From the NCBI GenBank assembly GCA_965249575.1, contig OZ252244.1, forward strand, positions 1,760,001 through 1,824,000: a DNA stretch of 64,000 nt. The letters are read 5' to 3'. A model generated the notes under the pieces. The model had not been told where the DNA came from and ran no database searches. It saw only the letters and a program-made list of their open reading frames with translations. The position numbers and the translations under genes were made by a program. Shown piece after piece: positions 59,551-64,000 of the stretch (position 1 is the stretch's first letter; each line of letters opens with the position of its first letter). This DNA is from Gemmatimonadales bacterium (lineage in GTDB: Bacteria; Gemmatimonadota; Gemmatimonadetes; Gemmatimonadales; GWC2-71-9).

Positions 59551-59594
59551 TTACACCGTACCGCGGCGGCGGTTGTGGAACCTGTTTTCGTTAC

Positions 59595-59626
59595 TTGCGC
59601 GCACCCTATCTTCGGGATATATTCGG
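59595..59626 (+). promoter_or_regulatory. imuB promoter with candidate SOS operator
   Basis: TTGCGC-17-TATATT; 59606-59626 is the exact reverse complement of 56748-56768. Confidence 0.7.
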
Positions 59627-59686
59627 GTCCATTTTGGATCTGTCAAGGGCTAGGCCTCCCATGCCCTCCTGAAAATAGGCACTGAA

Positions 59687-60970
59687 ATGACTGTCCCCAC
59701 TCTCGACCATACCACAGCAGCTGCTCCGGCTAGCCGCCGGCCGGTTGGTCTGGTGAGCGATCTCGCTGTCTGCGTGTGGATTCCTCTGTTTGCGTTGCGC
59801 GCGGAGGAGGAGCGGCGGCCCGGCTACGCTGCGCGGCCGCTCGCCGTGCTCGACCCGGACGATTCGCGCCGGCTCTGGCAGGTCTCACCTTCGGCCCGGC
59901 ACGCAGGCGTCAAGCCCGGCACGACCATCAGCCAGGCAATTGGGCTGTGTCCCACGCTCACGCTCTGCGAAGCCGATCCGGTCTACTACGACGAGCGATT
60001 CGCACGCCTCCTCCACGATCTCTCCAACGTGAGCCCGGTCGTCGAGCCGGGAGACCTTGGCAGGGCCTACGTAGGAGTCGACGGTTTGGACAAACTGCAT
60101 GGTAATCCCGAGCGGCAGATCGAAGTGATCAAGCGGACGGTCGGTCGCCATGGATGGCGTGCCGCGTGCCGTCTGGGTTGGGGTCGGGGGAAGTTCACCG
60201 CTTGGGTCGCCGCAATGCGCGCAAAACCCGGCGATGGGATCATCGTGCGCGATCCGGAGCGCGCGGCGTTTCTCTCCACTCAATCCATTGTGTCGCTTCC
60301 CCTCAGCTCCGATGCCCAGCGCCGGCTCTGGCAGTTGGGTTTGAAAACACTGGGTGGGTTTACGTCACTACCCGAACAGGCGGTCGTGGCGCAGTTCGGG
60401 CGTGAAGGACGCGTAGCGTGGCGGTTGGCGGCGGGGATGATCGCCGAGCCGGTGGTGGGTCGCGAAACGCCCGAACCGATCGTCACCGAGGTCGGTTTCC
60501 CCGCGCCCATCGCCGACCGCATGATGCTCGCGCATGCGCTCGAGCGTCTCATCGAACAGGCACTGCGACATCCGCGGCGTGCCGGCTGGCGCGTGCTGGC
60601 CGTACGCGTGCGTGCAGCGCTCGAGTACGGCTCGTCCTGGTTGGCCGGCGTCACGTTGAAGGATCCCTCCGCCAATCGCGCCCACATCGTCGCGCCGCTC
60701 CTGACGCGTCTCGAGCAGTCGCCACCGGCCGGCGCCGTCGAGCGGCTCGCTGTCGAGTTCGTGGCGTTCGCGCCCGGTACAACGGAAATGCAGCTCTTCG
60801 CGCGGGATGCCACGAGCACCGCGCGCGCGGGCCGCCGCCGCGCGCTTCGCGCCGCCGCGAGTGAGATCAAAACCAGGCTCAAACGCCCAATGCTCCATCG
60901 AGTAATCGAGGTAAGCCCATGGTCGCACCTCCCAGAGCGTCGATACGCCCTCATCGACTTCGAGCCCTGA
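59687..60970 (+). CDS. imuB: Y-family polymerase-like ImuB
   Basis: S..AR..GV.PG....QA...CP.L, SPVVE, LGL.TLG....LP...V..QFG; upstream of dnaE2. Confidence 0.85.
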   Translation: MTVPTLDHTTAAAPASRRPVGLVSDLAVCVWIPLFALRAEEERRPGYAARPLAVLDPDDSRRLWQVSPSARHAGVKPGTTISQAIGLCPTLTLCEADPVYYDERFARLLHDLSNVSPVVEPGDLGRAYVGVDGLDKLHGNPERQIEVIKRTVGRHGWRAACRLGWGRGKFTAWVAAMRAKPGDGIIVRDPERAAFLSTQSIVSLPLSSDAQRRLWQLGLKTLGGFTSLPEQAVVAQFGREGRVAWRLAAGMIAEPVVGRETPEPIVTEVGFPAPIADRMMLAHALERLIEQALRHPRRAGWRVLAVRVRAALEYGSSWLAGVTLKDPSANRAHIVAPLLTRLEQSPPAGAVERLAVEFVAFAPGTTEMQLFARDATSTARAGRRRALRAAASEIKTRLKRPMLHRVIEVSPWSHLPERRYALIDFEP

Positions 60971-61233
60971 ACCTTCCACGGCCCGTAGCGATCGAGTTGA
61001 ACCACCGAGGAGAGCCGAAGGTGGTCGGGCAGCATTCTTCCCCATCTCCCACCTCACCCGCTGGCGCGCGGCAAGGTCCGGTAGTGGCTATCTGCGAAGC
61101 GTGGCGTGTCGATGACGAGTGGTGGAGACGCCCCATCTCGCGCCGGTATTTCGAGGTGGTGCTGGGGAGCGGTGCACACGTGGTGCTGTTCCAAGATCTG
61201 TCCACACACCAGTGGTACCTGCAGATGCCCTAA
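60919..61233 (+). CDS. Small conserved protein (DUF6504-like)
   Basis: V..I.E.WRVDDEWWR.PI.R.YF.V, W-Y tail. Confidence 0.7.
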   Translation: MVAPPRASIRPHRLRALNLPRPVAIELNHRGEPKVVGQHSSPSPTSPAGARQGPVVAICEAWRVDDEWWRRPISRRYFEVVLGSGAHVVLFQDLSTHQWYLQMP

Positions 61234-61267
61234 TGCATCCACGATTACGAGGTAGGTCACCGCGCTC

Positions 61268-64000
61268 ATGTACATCGAGCTTCACTGCCATTCGGCATTT
61301 TCGTTTCTGAACGGTACCGCTCTTCCCGAGACGCTCGTTCTCGAGGCGAAGAACTTGGGTTATCCGGCTCTCGCGCTCACGGACCATCACGGCGTATACG
61401 GGTCCATGGCGTTCGCGCACGCCGCCAAACAAATGGACTTACAGGCGATTACCGGCGCGGAGCTCACCTTGCTGGACGGATCGCACGTCACGCTGCTCGC
61501 CGAAACTCCCGAGGGATATGCAAACCTCTGCCGTCTCGTTACCGAGACGCATCTCGCGCGGGAAGATCGGCGCGACCCCCGGCTCGACTTTGCTTCGCTC
61601 GAGCGACGGCACGAGGGCCTCATCATTCTCTCGGGATGCCGGGAGGGACTCCTACCGCGGGTGCTCGCCGGCGAGGGGTTCACCGCCGCGCGCCGCTTCG
61701 CTGATCGATGCGCGGCGGTGTTCGGGCGCGAGCGGTTTTTCGTGGAACTGCAACGAAACGCCGTTCACGGTGACGCGGCACTGAGCCGTGCGCTGGCGGA
61801 CATCGCGGACGCCAGCGGCCTTCACGTCGTGGCAACCGGGAACGTCCACTATCACCGCCGGGAGCAACACCGGCTGTACGACGTTTTGGTCGCGATCCGC
61901 CATCGTACGACGCTGGACAACTCACACGATGTCCGAAAACCGAACAGCGAGTTTTATCTTCGCTCGCCGGCAGACGTCGCGGCGCTGTTCCGCGACCGGC
62001 CCGACGCGGTAGCGAACACCGGTGTCATCGCCGGGCGATGCGCTGCTTTCGATCTCACGAAGGACTTGGGCTACAGCTTCCCCGACTTCCGGGGGCAGAG
62101 CCGTTCCAACACCGCCCCGCACGCGCTGGCCGATCTCTGCTGGCAGCAACTCGAGGAATACTATCCGCCCGACACCGAGCATCGCGCAGCAGCGGAGAGC
62201 CGTCTTCGTGAAGAGCTGCGGCTGGTCGAACATCACAAGCTCTGCGGCTTTTTTCTCGTCTATCACGACCTGCTGGATCTCGCGACCGAGGTGGCAACCG
62301 ACGTCCGGCGGGGGTCCCTGCGGACCCACGCGAACCTCCTGCCCGGTCGCGGGCGAGGTTCTTCCGTGTCGTCCATCATCTGCTACTTCCTGGGGCTCTC
62401 CCACATCGATCCTATCGCGAATCATCTCTTTCTCGGCCGATTCCTGAACGAGACGCTCGCATCGGTGCCGGACATCGATCTCGATTTCCCGCGGGAGATC
62501 CGTGAGGAATTGATTCGTCGCGTCTACAAACGATATGGAGACGACAACGTTGGGCTGGTCTGCTCGTATCCCACGTATCGTCTGCGTTCAGCCGTCCGGG
62601 AGATCGGAAAGGCGCTCGATCTCCCAGCGGGCGAGCTCGAGCAGGTCGCGCGGCTCACCGAACACTACTCCGCGGGAACACTGCGCGAAGAAGTCGAAAA
62701 ACTTCCCGGCTTTGCCGGACGGTCTGCGGCGCCGCTCTGGCGCGACCTGTGCGACTTGTCCGAGGAGATCGCCGGCCTTCCGCGCCACATCTCACAACAC
62801 GTCGGCGGAATGATCATCTCGAGCCGCCCGCTGGTCGAGCTGGTGCCGCTCGAGCGCTCGGCCATGCCCGATCGCGTGGTCTGCCAATGGGACAAGGACT
62901 CCTGTGACGACGCGCGGTTCATCAAGATCGATTTCCTGGCACTCGGCATGCTTTCGCTGGTCGAGGAATGCCTGGAGTCGATCGCCGTCAGGACCGGGAC
63001 GCCCCCCGATCTGAGCCGGATCGACTTCGATGACGATACCGTGTACGACACGATCTGTGCGGGCGACACGGTGGGCCTCTTTCAAATCGAAAGCCGCGCG
63101 CAAATCCAGATGGTCCGCCGTACCCGGCCGCGGAATCTCGAAGATCTGTGCGTCGAGGTCGCCATCGTGCGGCCCGGACCGATCGTAGGGGGGGCGGTGA
63201 ACCCATACGTGCGGCGGCGGGAAGCACAGCGAGAGGCGAGGAGACGCAGCCGAGTTTACGAGCCACCAGTCGAGCACCCGCTGCTCCGCGAAGCGCTGGG
63301 CGAAACGCTGGGTGTCATTCTGTACCAGGATCAGGTGTTGCAGGTATGCCAGGCACTTGCGGGGTTCACGGCCGGACAGGCTGAAGCGCTACGCCGGGCA
63401 ATGAGCCGGAAGCGATCCCGCAGCCTGCTAGAGGGTTTCTGGGAAGAGTTTCGAGACGGGGCGGCGAAGCGGGGCGTCGTCGGCCCCACCGCGCGCCGCG
63501 TCTTTGAGCAGGTCGTCGCGTTCTCGGAGTTCGGATTCCCCAAGTCGCATGCCGCGGCGTTCGGGCTGCTCGCCTATCAATCGGCATGGCTCAAGCAGTA
63601 TCACCCGGTCGAGTACTACGCCGCGCTGTTCAACAATCAGCCCATGGGGTTTTACTCCGTGGATGTGCTGGTGAGGGACGCCTCGCGCCACGACGTCGGT
63701 GTTTCCCTGCCCGACATCGAGGCGAGCGATACGTGGTGCACCGTCGAGGGGAAATCGGTTCGCGTCGGCCTGGGGTTCATCCGTGAGTGGGGCAGCGAGG
63801 TTGCGGAGGCCGTGGTGGCTGAGCGTGTGAAGAACGGATCCTACCGCAGCCTGGGAGACCTCGTTCGCCGGGCGCCACCTGGCCTGTCTCGCACCGCCAT
63901 CGACAATCTCGTGTGGGTCGGTGGGTGCGATCGCTTTGGTCTGAGCCGCAGAGAGTTGCTGTGGCAGGTAGGCTTCTGGCTCCCGCCCAAGAACGACCGC
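61268..64000 (+). CDS. dnaE2: Error-prone DNA polymerase III alpha (partial, runs off window)
   Basis: YIELHCHSAFSFL, ALTDH, GRGSS, PDIDLDF, PRH.SQHVGG, KIDFLALGML, GFPKSHA, NNQPMGFY. Confidence 0.95.
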   Translation, partial: MYIELHCHSAFSFLNGTALPETLVLEAKNLGYPALALTDHHGVYGSMAFAHAAKQMDLQAITGAELTLLDGSHVTLLAETPEGYANLCRLVTETHLAREDRRDPRLDFASLERRHEGLIILSGCREGLLPRVLAGEGFTAARRFADRCAAVFGRERFFVELQRNAVHGDAALSRALADIADASGLHVVATGNVHYHRREQHRLYDVLVAIRHRTTLDNSHDVRKPNSEFYLRSPADVAALFRDRPDAVANTGVIAGRCAAFDLTKDLGYSFPDFRGQSRSNTAPHALADLCWQQLEEYYPPDTEHRAAAESRLREELRLVEHHKLCGFFLVYHDLLDLATEVATDVRRGSLRTHANLLPGRGRGSSVSSIICYFLGLSHIDPIANHLFLGRFLNETLASVPDIDLDFPREIREELIRRVYKRYGDDNVGLVCSYPTYRLRSAVREIGKALDLPAGELEQVARLTEHYSAGTLREEVEKLPGFAGRSAAPLWRDLCDLSEEIAGLPRHISQHVGGMIISSRPLVELVPLERSAMPDRVVCQWDKDSCDDARFIKIDFLALGMLSLVEECLESIAVRTGTPPDLSRIDFDDDTVYDTICAGDTVGLFQIESRAQIQMVRRTRPRNLEDLCVEVAIVRPGPIVGGAVNPYVRRREAQREARRRSRVYEPPVEHPLLREALGETLGVILYQDQVLQVCQALAGFTAGQAEALRRAMSRKRSRSLLEGFWEEFRDGAAKRGVVGPTARRVFEQVVAFSEFGFPKSHAAAFGLLAYQSAWLKQYHPVEYYAALFNNQPMGFYSVDVLVRDASRHDVGVSLPDIEASDTWCTVEGKSVRVGLGFIREWGSEVAEAVVAERVKNGSYRSLGDLVRRAPPGLSRTAIDNLVWVGGCDRFGLSRRELLWQVGFWLPPKNDR

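Overview
GC-rich bacterial chromosome segment. Gene content and style suggest Gemmatimonadota (inference only), and repeated homopolymer frameshifts suggest a long-read assembly. Layout: (1) 1-13.6 kb, accessory membrane/secreted genes, an XRE operon and stand-alone soxCD; (2) 13.7-28.0 kb, an island integrated at tRNA-Gln(CTG) with duplicated tRNA 3' ends and an internally deleted tyrosine integrase. It carries a His-rich cassette and a defence-like cluster: C5 and N6 methyltransferases, Vsr, a MORC/MutL-type GHKL ATPase fused to a histidine kinase, a large receiver protein, an unknown His-motif protein, and a second operon of PUA-like-PD-(D/E)XK nuclease, MazG and GIY-YIG-RAMA; (3) 28-53 kb, mostly housekeeping genes (rnz, mlaEFD, mutY, nadE, tupA, mntR, peptidase), with a four-helix-bundle gene between 22-bp perfect inverted repeats; (4) 53-64 kb, an N6 methylase with a truncated helicase, then a DNA-damage cluster (Zn-ribbon, radical SAM, DUF72, imuB, dnaE2) whose promoters share a 21-bp motif, a candidate lineage-specific SOS box. 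Many intergenic gaps contain inward-facing heptamer tracts, including about 50 perfect copies of GGTGAGT. The strongest candidates for undescribed systems are the phosphorelay-coupled methylation/defence module and the four-helix-bundle/heptamer element. No database searches were run; family calls rest on motif recognition.
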